DNA from: an uncultured Gemmatimonadota bacterium
GTDB lineage: Bacteria > Gemmatimonadota > CAZMKB01 > CAZNLH01
Direction of reading: 5' to 3'
NCBI GenBank assembly: GCA_964577985.1
Contig: CAZOAR010000006.1
Coordinates: 10,459 to 74,458 of the forward strand
DNA length: 64,000 nt
This document shows, in pieces, positions 9,892 to 18,581 of the stretch. Position 1 is the first letter of the stretch, and each line of letters begins with the position of its first letter. The position numbers were made by a program, and so were the translations under genes. Under the pieces are notes generated by a model. It did no database searches, was not told the origin of the DNA, and saw nothing but the letters and a program-made list of their open reading frames with translations.

Positions 9892-11466
9892 TCACTCCTC
9901 TTCCTGTGTGACTCGCAGCACCTCTTCAACGGTGGTTTCGCCAGCGAGCGCCTTTCGCCAGCCATCGCTCCTCAACGTGGTCATACCTGACCTTACCGCC
10001 TCCTCTTTCAGTTCCGTCAGAGATCTGCTCTCGAGAATCAGACGCCTCAACTTGTCATTCATAATAAGCAGTTCGAAAATACCCACTCTCCCGCGGTAAC
10101 CCGTAAAATCACACTCATCGCAACCCTTTCCATGATATAGTGACGCCTCGCCTCCAGATTCCGGCTCGAGCCTCAATTCCTCCAGAATGCCTTTCCCGGG
10201 CTTTTCCTCCTCTTTGCACGAGGGGCAGATACGTCTTACGAGACGCTGTGCCATAATTCCCTCTACGGCGGAGGAAACGAGATACCCCTCGACGCCCATA
10301 TCGACCATTCTGGTGACGCCTCCGGGCGCATCATTAGTGTGGATAGTGCTCAAGACAAGGTGGCCGGTCAGCGCGGAGTGAATCGCGATCTCTGCCGTTT
10401 CGAGATCACGCATCTCCCCTATCATTATCACATCAGGATCCTGCCTGACTATCGACCGCAGCCCGGTGGCGAAGGTAAACCCTATCTTCGGTTTGATAGG
10501 AATCTGATTGATTCCCGTCAGCTGATACTCCACCGGATCTTCAAGGGTTATGATCTTCTTCTCCTGAGAATTAATCTTGTCAAGGACCGCGTACAGTGTG
10601 GTCGTCTTTCCACTTCCGGTTGGTCCTGTTACGAGGATAATGCCGTGCGGTCGTACGATCAGTCCCTTGAAACCTGCGTACATCGACTCTGAAAACCCGA
10701 GGTCTTCAAGGCTCATCATTATGCTGCTCTTGTCGAGTATGCGGAGAACAACACTCTCGCCGTGCAGCGTCGGAACCGTGGAGACCCGGAAATCGATGTC
10801 CTTGTTCTTGATCCTCATGCGCATCCTTCCATCCTGCGCAAGCCTCCTCTCGGCTATGTTGAGCTCAGCCATAATCTTGAGCCTCGAGATAATGGCGGCC
10901 TGAAATCGTTTTGCCGGTGAGGATATGTCGTGCAGAATTCCATCGATTCTGTATCTGACGCGCAGTTGATCTTCCATCGCTTCGAGGTGGATGTCGCTCG
11001 CTCTTCTTTTCAGCGCCTCCATAATGATAAGATTAACCAGCTTGATCACGGGAGCCTGGCTGGCAAGGTCTCTAAGGTCCTGTATACCGTTTCCGCGCTC
11101 CTCGACCAGAGCAAGGTCCTCTTCACTCATGTCCTTGACCATCTTCTCGATGGTCTCCACACCCTCACCGTGGTACTTCTTTATTGCCTCCAGAATCTCG
11201 TCAGCGGTGCTTGCTACCGGTTCGATCTCAAGATTGAGGAGAGTCTTCAGGTCGTCGATTGTATATAGATCATTGGGATCGGCAAACGCCACCAGGAGCG
11301 ATCCATTCTTCATCCGCAACGGGACAAAACGGTGTTCCTCCATGTAACCTGGAGATATCCTCAAGTTCAGCGATTCGTCTATTTCCTTCTCGACCTTCAC
11401 AGTCTCCGGAAGCCCGTTGGCCAGATTGTAGGCAAAACTTTCCTCTGTCTTTTCGTCACGTTCCAA
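9892..11466 (-). CDS. gspE: T2SS ATPase GspE
   Basis: N1E domain, Walker A GPTGSGKTTTLYAVL, Asp/His boxes, tetracysteine motif CPSC ... CDEC. TTG start with GGAGAGA Shine-Dalgarno. Confidence 0.9.
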   Translation of the reverse strand: MERDEKTEESFAYNLANGLPETVKVEKEIDESLNLRISPGYMEEHRFVPLRMKNGSLLVAFADPNDLYTIDDLKTLLNLEIEPVASTADEILEAIKKYHGEGVETIEKMVKDMSEEDLALVEERGNGIQDLRDLASQAPVIKLVNLIIMEALKRRASDIHLEAMEDQLRVRYRIDGILHDISSPAKRFQAAIISRLKIMAELNIAERRLAQDGRMRMRIKNKDIDFRVSTVPTLHGESVVLRILDKSSIMMSLEDLGFSESMYAGFKGLIVRPHGIILVTGPTGSGKTTTLYAVLDKINSQEKKIITLEDPVEYQLTGINQIPIKPKIGFTFATGLRSIVRQDPDVIMIGEMRDLETAEIAIHSALTGHLVLSTIHTNDAPGGVTRMVDMGVEGYLVSSAVEGIMAQRLVRRICPSCKEEEKPGKGILEELRLEPESGGEASLYHGKGCDECDFTGYRGRVGIFELLIMNDKLRRLILESRSLTELKEEAVRSGMTTLRSDGWRKALAGETTVEEVLRVTQEEE

Positions 11467-11743
11467 GATGTCTCTCCCGGGTCAGCGACCTCAAGGGGCA
11501 GTGAAGGATTTCTCTTCTATCCTGTTCGCAGGCACGCCCGCAGATCCAGAGATACAACGAGTTAACGCACAAGTAGTTGTCAGGTTATACCATCCTTCGG
11601 GAAATAGTGTTCCAGGAAAGGATCTATGAGCAAGAACGGGGCCTTCAGGAGATGGTATTCTGTTTTCCCGTCCTTGTGGCCTGTTTCTGAGGGAGACAGT
11701 CATGGGAAAACAGATCTGGAAGGAAGAACGGGAAAAATAGTCC

Positions 11744-11829
11744 TGGTGCCGAAGGCCGGACTCGAACCGGCACGGGGATACCCCACTGCCCCCTCAAGAC
11801 AGCGTGTCTACCTGTTCCACCACTTCGGC
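11744..11829 (-). tRNA. tRNA-Leu (anticodon GAG), class II with long variable arm
   Basis: Hand-folded. Acceptor stem GCCGAAG/CTTCGGC, D-arm, anticodon stem CTGTC/GGCAG with loop TTGAGGG (anticodon GAG). Long variable arm. T-arm GCCGGTTCGAGTCCGGC. Encoded ACCA 3' end. Immediately downstream of secG. Confidence 0.8.
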
Positions 11830-11873
11830 ACCCTGGAACATTACACATGGATCCATGGACTCCCGGTCAGCCA

Positions 11874-12272
11874 CTATTCCTGTTGACTGCCTTCTCCGGC
11901 GGTCTCCGTACTCTCCGTAGCGGCAGATTGCTCGGCAGCGTTTATCAACATCTCCGTTTCCGGATTGAAAGGCTGCGGTTCTCTGATCGCACGGCCCTCA
12001 GACTGAGGACTTGCACTCGAGGTAGCACCCGTTGAGGTGACTGCGAGGAAAAGAGATGTGACGAAAAATATCGTCCCGAGTACGGTTGTAAACTTGCTGA
12101 GAAAGGTCGCCGTTCCTCTTCCCCCCAGAACGGCATCCGTTCCTCCAGCTCCCCCGAATGCGCTGGCGAGCCCTCCGCCGGTCCCAGACTGAAGGAGTAC
12201 CACAACAACGAGTACAATACTTGTCAGGAGATGAATTGCTATAAGGATCTGAAACATGATATCTGGTATCAC
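11874..12272 (-). CDS. secG: Preprotein translocase subunit SecG
   Basis: Two TM helices flanking a Gly-rich loop (LLQSGTGGGLASAFGGAGG), matching the SecG pattern. Followed by tRNA-Leu. Confidence 0.8.
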   Translation of the reverse strand: MIPDIMFQILIAIHLLTSIVLVVVVLLQSGTGGGLASAFGGAGGTDAVLGGRGTATFLSKFTTVLGTIFFVTSLFLAVTSTGATSSASPQSEGRAIREPQPFNPETEMLINAAEQSAATESTETAGEGSQQE

Positions 12273-12797
12273 CTCTGCATTATTGAGTTAACGAAGCAAT
12301 GATTGAGCACGACTGTCTACGCCGCGCGTGACACTAAATAATAAGACCGACCGGGAAACGTGTCAATGCTGTTGTACAATAAGAGCTGGACTTCTGGATC
12401 TCAATGGCATGGATATTGCGATTTTTCGGCCTTCGACAGGTCCCGGGCTCCACGAGGGATGACTTGGGAGGCGGCAGCCCGGGATTGTCTGGACTTTTTC
12501 ACAGAGATTGGATTATCGGACATGAACCAGGAGGAAGAAAACATTCGCGAGCAGATCCATACTCGTAGACGGATCATGCCTGATTCCCTCCCACCCGATC
12601 GGCACGCCGGGCGTGTGGATCATTATTCATCGTTCAAGGCTCACAACGGTGGCGGCGAGCAGGGAGGGGCCCATTCAGGTTCGAGACAGAGACCAGGGGC
12701 GCTCCACGGTCTTAGAAGAAGCGTGTTCGTGGCAAGCATGACAGGTTACAGGGTGCTGCGGGCACCAACAATGAAAGCGGAAAGGGGGTGAGAAGAG

Positions 12798-13208
12798 ATG
12801 CGCAACGCGAAATCGCGAGAGGGTTTCACCTTGATCGAACTGGTGATCGTCCTGGTAGTCCTCGGCCTGCTGGCGTCAGTTGCAATTCCGAGGTACTTCG
12901 ACCTGCAGAGGGACGCGGAGGTTGCGGCCAATATGGCGTGGATGGGTGGCCTTCGCAGCGCCATCGGCATCCAGATGGCCGGTGTGGCAATGAACAAGGT
13001 CACGAGTCCCGATCCTCTGAGCAGTACTCCAAGCTGGAAGAGGACGACGGTCGAAAATCTGCTCACAGGAGGTTCGACCGCAAGGCCAACCTCGCTGAGT
13101 TCGGTAGGCACCAACAAGTGGAAGGGGTACTACAACGCGACCAGCACTACGAACTGGACGCTCAGCTGGAACTCCACGAATGGCCTCTGGGAGATACAAG
13201 GACCATGA
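12798..13208 (+). CDS. Type IV pilin-like protein (prepilin, class III signal peptide), paralog 1
   Basis: Leader MRNAKSREG | FTLIELVIVLVVLGLLASVAIPRYF (Glu5, hydrophobic alpha1-N). 127-aa mature protein. No Cys. C-terminal half Ser/Thr/Asn-rich with N-x-S/T sequons (NAT, NWT, NST). GGGGGTGA Shine-Dalgarno. Confidence 0.8.
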   Translation: MRNAKSREGFTLIELVIVLVVLGLLASVAIPRYFDLQRDAEVAANMAWMGGLRSAIGIQMAGVAMNKVTSPDPLSSTPSWKRTTVENLLTGGSTARPTSLSSVGTNKWKGYYNATSTTNWTLSWNSTNGLWEIQGP

Positions 13209-13380
13209 CGAGAACCGACGGCGGCATGACGATCAATGCCGTGGCTTTCGTTTCTGAACCACGCCGGGGCCGCGTGAGACGGCCCCGCCCACTTATCGTA
13301 TCTGGATGGAAGCATGTGTCGTGTTCAACCTGGCGCGAAGCATGGGCGCCAGACAACCCATGGACGAAACGGAGGTAACG

Positions 13381-13791
13381 ATGAAGCGGTCTGAGAGAGA
13401 AAGCGGTTTTACTCTCATCGAGCTGGTCATTGTCCTGGTAATAATAGGACTCCTCTCCGCGGTGGCTATCCCCCGTTACTATGACCTTCAGCGTGACGCT
13501 GAGGTCGCGGCGAATTCGGGATGGTTCGGCGGCCTGAGGACGGCCATAGGCATTCAATTGACCGGTGTTGTGCTGGGTAAGACAACCGGCCCCGATCCAA
13601 GAGAAAGCACTCCTGCGTGGAATCTGACTTCGGTCGAAGGTCTCGTGATGGGCGGCACACAGGCCAGGCCGACCTCTCTCAGCGCACTTGGCACCAACAA
13701 GTGGACGGGCTATTACAACGGAACCAGTACTACGACCTGGAAGCTGAGTTACAACGCTTCCATGAACACATGGGAGATAACAGGCCCCTGA
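13381..13791 (+). CDS. Type IV pilin-like protein, paralog 2
   Basis: Leader MKRSERESG | FTLIELVIVLVIIGLLSAVAIPRYY. About 65 % aa identity to paralog 1, with diverged nucleotide sequence. Sequons NLT, NGT, NAS. The ORF track start at 13306 is upstream of the GGAGGT Shine-Dalgarno-supported ATG at 13381. Confidence 0.8.
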   Translation: MKRSERESGFTLIELVIVLVIIGLLSAVAIPRYYDLQRDAEVAANSGWFGGLRTAIGIQLTGVVLGKTTGPDPRESTPAWNLTSVEGLVMGGTQARPTSLSALGTNKWTGYYNGTSTTTWKLSYNASMNTWEITGP

Positions 13792-13805
13792 GGCGTGTTG
13801 GTGCG

Positions 13806-14066
13806 AATCTACCCCAGCACCAGTTCAGCTTGCCGGAGTGGTGCCGGGAAAAACGACAACCCCGGATCCCGGGTCGAGCGCTTCCACCCGGGACAGGACC
13901 TCGGCGGAGATCCTGATCACTGGCGGCACAGCCGCCAGGCCGACTTCCCTGAATGCAGCGGGGACGGATCAATCAGTGGGGCGAGTACTATAACCTGACC
14001 AGCACAACGACCTGGTCGCTCTACAGAAACAGCCCGGCCGGGATGCGGAATGTTTCCGGGCCCTGA
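13806..14066 (+). pseudogene. 5'-truncated, frameshifted third pilin paralog (lacks leader and alpha1-N helix)
   Basis: Translates (two frames) to ..QLAGVVPGKTTTPDPGSS..ILITGGTAARPTSLNAAGTD / QWGEYYNLTSTTTWSLYRNSPAGMRNVSGP*. Colinear with the C-terminal about two-thirds of paralogs 1 and 2. A 4-nt insertion/duplication (atca/gatc) near 13966-13975 breaks the frame. No start codon or signal peptide. Confidence 0.55.
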
Positions 14067-14232
14067 CAGGCCGATAGCGCAAGATCTGTTCAATTGAGTC
14101 TCCTCTCTCCGATCAGGCGCCGACCGTGATCCCGGGGCCATCAGCCTTTGTCACCACGATCAGCGCCCGGCTCGCTCCTTTAAGCGCTCGGATGGATCTG
14201 CCGGGGCTACTATCTCCGGCACACTTACGCCT

Positions 14233-16656
14233 ATGCTCAATACGACTCGAGAATACGAGAAGAAAGTGAAGGATCTGCTCCCCTATCTGCTGATAGTCGT
14301 TGCGGTCACTCTTTCCTACTACGGCGTGCTTGCCGGAAAATATGTCCTCCTCGACAGGGATCTCTACTGGTTCTTCTACCAGAACAGCCATTACCTGGCC
14401 CGGAGCCTCGCCGCCGGCAGGATTCCGTTGTGGAATCCGTATGCATACGGCGGAGAGCCGTTTTTTGCCCAGGCGCAACCTGGCGTTCTCTATCCACTGC
14501 ACTGGCTCTATTCATTCATACCCGTCGACGAGTTGTTCAGCAGACTGCTGGTCCTTCACGTGGCCATGCTCGGCGTGTTCTCCGCTCTGCTGGTCAGGGA
14601 ACTCGGCGGAGGCCGAACGGCAGCGGCGCTTGGAGGCATTGCGATCGCCTTCAGTGGAATAACTGCCTCGTTGATCTATCTTCAGTCCTCTCTCTTCGCT
14701 ATTGCCTGGCTGCCGCTAGCAATGTGGTCCCTGGTTCGCTCCCTCAGGAATGACTCCCCTTCTCATGCCATTCTATCTGGAATGATTTTCGGGATTATGA
14801 TATATGTAGGCGGTATCGAGGTCCTGGCGATGGGGTTGTTTCTCGGTGCTGTCGTCCACCTTTTTCCCGGCCTTTTTCCAATAGCGGGGCCGACGCCCCG
14901 GGCGTCCCGCAGGTTTGCACTCTTCGGGTTGACGGTCCTGACCATGTCACTCGTCAGTGCCGTTCAGCTCCTTCCCTTCTATGAACTGACGCGCTATTCC
15001 TACCGCACGGGCGGTGTCGACGTCAAGGAGGCACTTACCTGGTCGCTACGCCCGCAGGAATGGTTATACCTGGTTCTTCCGGATGTCTTCCGACGCGGAA
15101 AGGAGTTCTACTGGGTCGACCAGAACTGGCTAAGGACCATTTATGTCGGGATAGTACCCGTTCTCCTCAGCCTTGCTTTCGTCCTGAAACTCCGAAAAAG
15201 GGCACTCGGCTTCCTGTGCCTGGGTGGTCTCTGTCTTCTTCTGGCTACAGGAGGGAATCTTCCCCTGTATGGCGACGTCATTCATTGGATACCCGGTCTG
15301 CGGTCGATTCGCTATCCTTCCAAGTTCCTGATGCTCATGGGATTTGCAGTGGCTCTTTCTGCTCCGTTGGGATGGGAGCAGCTCAGGAATAGAGGGACCG
15401 ATACATCCGCGAGCAGACGCTTTTCGCTTGTTTTCCTTGTGCTATCCATTATTTCCGCGTTGTCCCTTTTCCTGACGGAGTTTCTGGATGCATCCGTACA
15501 ACATGCCCTGGCCGGCCTGGTCCAGAGAGATGAGCTGGAGCTCCTGCCAGGGGGAATCATCCACAACATCGACAGGCTCCTCGCCCTTTCAGCGGTCACC
15601 TCTCTGGCCATTTACGTCGCATCGAAAGAAGGCAGGATGCGTCGACTGGGAAGGGCCGCTCTCCCGCTTCTGCTGGTCGTGGACCTGATGGGGGCGATGC
15701 CATATGCTACAGTATTTCATGAGAAGGACTGCCTCGATTCAAAACCCGAACGCGCAGCCGAGCTGGAGAAGGAAGATAGAGAATTCCGCGTATTCTCGCA
15801 CAACAGCCTGTGGAACAAGCAATTCCCCGACGTGAACGACCTCTTGAAGGCCGGCACCGGGCTCTTCATGCCGAACGCCACAATGCGGTATGGCATAGAC
15901 CACAGCCAGGGATACAGGGTCCTCACTCTATCGAGGATCGATCAGATCACCACCTCAATAGCGAGGACGAAAAAACCCGACCAATCCCGGCTTGTCGACC
16001 TCATGAACATTCGATATCTACTGTGGCCTTCCAGGATAGTATCTCCGGACTATCGACTGATCGAATCGTCCGACAGCCTCTATTTTTACGAGAACAGGAG
16101 AGCTATGCCAAGGGCGTTCCTCGCCGAGGATTACAGGGTCTGCAGCACCGGTGTCGAGTTCCAGACGATAATGGAAGATCCGGAGTTCGATCCCCGCGGA
16201 CTTGTTCTCCTCGACAAACGTCCTTCTCTTCCCGACGGGTGGAATGGCAAACCGGAGGAGAATGGAGGGGAGGAAGATGAGGTAACGATCACCAGTTATG
16301 CCCCGGAACGCGTGAGATTGACGGTACGATGCAGTGATCCGAAGTTCCTGGTCCTGGGCGACGCGTACTTCCCCGGATGGAAGGCCAGGGTCAACAACAA
16401 ATCTACCGAGATATACAGGGCGGACTATGCGTTTCGCGCAATCGCCATGGAGCCCGGCGAGAGTGTGGTGGAATTCACCTACGAGCCTGAAAGCCTCGCG
16501 ATGGGGTCATGGATAAGCGCAGTAACGCTCTTTCTGCTCATGGGACTGGGGTTTATCACAGGGCCTCTCCTCAGGCCGTCAGCGGCCCTGTTGCGTGCAG
16601 CAGGCAATCATCTGCCCGAATTTCCCAGGGTCAAGACTCGCTCCTCCCACCAGTAG
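14233..16656 (+). CDS. YfhO-family polytopic membrane protein (GT-C fold glycosyltransferase-like)
   Basis: 807 aa with at least 12 predicted TM segments N-terminally, a periplasmic C-domain, and the YfhO-type C-terminus (..AYFPGWKARVNNKSTEIYRADYAFRAIAMEPGESVVEFTYEP.. plus a final TM). Immediately downstream of the pilin genes on the same strand. Confidence 0.55.
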   Translation: MLNTTREYEKKVKDLLPYLLIVVAVTLSYYGVLAGKYVLLDRDLYWFFYQNSHYLARSLAAGRIPLWNPYAYGGEPFFAQAQPGVLYPLHWLYSFIPVDELFSRLLVLHVAMLGVFSALLVRELGGGRTAAALGGIAIAFSGITASLIYLQSSLFAIAWLPLAMWSLVRSLRNDSPSHAILSGMIFGIMIYVGGIEVLAMGLFLGAVVHLFPGLFPIAGPTPRASRRFALFGLTVLTMSLVSAVQLLPFYELTRYSYRTGGVDVKEALTWSLRPQEWLYLVLPDVFRRGKEFYWVDQNWLRTIYVGIVPVLLSLAFVLKLRKRALGFLCLGGLCLLLATGGNLPLYGDVIHWIPGLRSIRYPSKFLMLMGFAVALSAPLGWEQLRNRGTDTSASRRFSLVFLVLSIISALSLFLTEFLDASVQHALAGLVQRDELELLPGGIIHNIDRLLALSAVTSLAIYVASKEGRMRRLGRAALPLLLVVDLMGAMPYATVFHEKDCLDSKPERAAELEKEDREFRVFSHNSLWNKQFPDVNDLLKAGTGLFMPNATMRYGIDHSQGYRVLTLSRIDQITTSIARTKKPDQSRLVDLMNIRYLLWPSRIVSPDYRLIESSDSLYFYENRRAMPRAFLAEDYRVCSTGVEFQTIMEDPEFDPRGLVLLDKRPSLPDGWNGKPEENGGEEDEVTITSYAPERVRLTVRCSDPKFLVLGDAYFPGWKARVNNKSTEIYRADYAFRAIAMEPGESVVEFTYEPESLAMGSWISAVTLFLLMGLGFITGPLLRPSAALLRAAGNHLPEFPRVKTRSSHQ

Positions 16657-17349
16657 TCCATCTATGTCGGGCTCCGACATCAACGCTGCGGTGTTGGAGG
16701 GATTGGCGCTGCCGCCATACAGGATTGGAATTGACTCCGCAAGCTCAGCATTTACCCTTGAAGCAATCGCCTCTCTCAGCATCGCGTGTACTTCCTCGGC
16801 CTGAACGGGCGTGGCGGTAACCCCGGTCCCGATCGCCCAGACCGGTTCGTAAGCGATATAGATCCCCGATAGTGCGACAGGGTCGATTCCATCGACGCCC
16901 TCGATAAGCGATTTTCTGGTTACGTCCTCTGTCTCACCGGCTTCACGCTCCTGCCTCGTCTCTCCGAGGCACAGGATGGGCTTCAACGATGCGGCAAGCG
17001 CAGCTTTGAGCTTCCGGTTGACTGTTTCGTTTGTCTCTCCGAAGTACTTCCTTCGCTCCGAATGTCCGATAAGGACAAACTCCGCGCCTGTGTCGGATAT
17101 CATATCTGCGGAGACCTCCCCCGTGAACGCCCCTGAGCTCTCCCAGTACAGGTCCTGGGCGCCCACACCGGCACACCTCACCTGGCCCGTCAAATCCGCG
17201 GCCAGGGGAAGATACGGGTATGGCACAAAGAAGAGGGCCTCCATGTCATCCTCTATCACGAAGTCTTCCAGGAGAAGCCTGAAATAATCCCTGATCTCAC
17301 CTGCTGAGAGATTCATCTTCCAATTGGCTGCAAGGACTCTCTTCCTCAT
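16579..17349 (-). CDS. tpiA: Triosephosphate isomerase
   Basis: ANWKMN, IGHSERR, AYEPVWAIGTG, YGGS motifs. Stop overlaps the yfhO-like 3' end (convergent). Confidence 0.9.
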   Translation of the reverse strand: MRKRVLAANWKMNLSAGEIRDYFRLLLEDFVIEDDMEALFFVPYPYLPLAADLTGQVRCAGVGAQDLYWESSGAFTGEVSADMISDTGAEFVLIGHSERRKYFGETNETVNRKLKAALAASLKPILCLGETRQEREAGETEDVTRKSLIEGVDGIDPVALSGIYIAYEPVWAIGTGVTATPVQAEEVHAMLREAIASRVNAELAESIPILYGGSANPSNTAALMSEPDIDGLLVGGASLDPGKFGQMIACCTQQGR

Positions 17350-18581
17350 CTGCTACCCCCCTGAGACGGATTTTCTCGTTCGGTCAGTACTTCCACCCCC
17401 GGAAGCGTCCTGCCCGCCAGGAATTCAAGCGACGCTCCGCCTCCGGTCGATATGTGACTTATCTCCTTTTCCAGGCCGGCGTTTCGCACGGCCGCAACCG
17501 AATCTCCGCCTCCAAGGAGGGTAAAGGCGCCGTGTCGGGTAGCCTCCGCGATAGACTTCGCTACATCGACGGTGCCGTGGGAGAAAGGCTCTATCTCGAA
17601 GATACCCATGGGGCCGTTCCAGACAACCGTTTTCGAGGCGATGATCCGATCCCTGAATATCTCCCGTGTCAGCGGTCCTATATCGACGACCATCCAGCCA
17701 TCAGGAATCTGACCGGCATCCGCAATCTCCCGCTGAGCTCCGGCATCCAGCGCTTTTGCAACCACGGAATCCTGCGGGAGGATAATCTCGCACCTTACGT
17801 CTTCCGATTCACTCAGTAGCGTACCGGCGACATCGATCCCGTCCTCGTCGACCAACGAGCTGCCAACCTGATGGCCCATCGCGGCGAAAAACGTGTTCGC
17901 CATGGCGCCGCCGATCAGTATGGCATCCACCTTTCCGAAAAGATTCCGGATAACCCCTATCTTCCCTTTCACCTTGGCACCACCGATTATTGCCACAAAG
18001 GGTCTGGCGGGAAATGAGAGCGCCTTTGAGAGGGACTCAATCTCGCTCCGCATCAACAGGCCTGACACGGCGGGAGCAAGATAGTCCGCCACGCCAACCG
18101 TCGATGAGTGAGCACGGTGTGCCGTGCCGAAGGCGTCATCGACAAAATAATCGCCAGCGAGCGAAAGGGCTCTGGAAAACTCAGGGTCATTATCTTCTTC
18201 GCCCGGATAAAAACGCACATTCTCCAGGAGAAAGACATCACTCTCGGGCAATCCTCTTATCTTCTCAACTGCTCCATCTCCTATCGGTTCTTCCACAAAC
18301 ACTACTTCTCTACCCAGGAGTTCCGCAAGCTTCCGCGATACAGGGGCCAGCGACAGGGATTTATTCCACTCTCCCCCGGGCCTGCCAAGATGGGAGACAA
18401 GCACTGTTCTCGCTTCTTTCTTGAGGAGATACCTTATCGTAGGAAGCGCGGCGACGATCCTGAGATCATCCGCGACATTTCCTGATTCATCGAGGGGGAC
18501 ATTGAAATCGACCCTGACGAGGGCCAGGCTCCCGCGCAGATCGCTGTCCGGGAGGTCCCTTACGCTCAACTTAGGCATCAA
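17346..18581 (-). CDS. pgk: Phosphoglycerate kinase
   Basis: VDFNVPLD, GGGASLEFL motifs; ATGA overlap with tpiA. Confidence 0.9.
   Translation of the reverse strand: MMPKLSVRDLPDSDLRGSLALVRVDFNVPLDESGNVADDLRIVAALPTIRYLLKKEARTVLVSHLGRPGGEWNKSLSLAPVSRKLAELLGREVVFVEEPIGDGAVEKIRGLPESDVFLLENVRFYPGEEDNDPEFSRALSLAGDYFVDDAFGTAHRAHSSTVGVADYLAPAVSGLLMRSEIESLSKALSFPARPFVAIIGGAKVKGKIGVIRNLFGKVDAILIGGAMANTFFAAMGHQVGSSLVDEDGIDVAGTLLSESEDVRCEIILPQDSVVAKALDAGAQREIADAGQIPDGWMVVDIGPLTREIFRDRIIASKTVVWNGPMGIFEIEPFSHGTVDVAKSIAEATRHGAFTLLGGGDSVAAVRNAGLEKEISHISTGGGASLEFLAGRTLPGVEVLTERENPSQGGSR

Noticed and set aside
12360-12791. 143-aa ORF in the 525-bp divergent intergenic region between secG and pilin 1
   Set aside because: No Shine-Dalgarno, odd composition, no recognisable motif. 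More likely non-coding promoter/regulatory DNA for the divergently transcribed pilin and secG genes.
12700-12797. Possible sigma54 (-24/-12) promoter upstream of pilin 1 (TGGCAAGCATGACAGG); a similar GGAAGCATG lies upstream of pilin 2
   Set aside because: GG/GC spacing does not fit the GG-N10-GC rule and no TTGCA -12 element is present. The shared AAGCATG could be coincidental.
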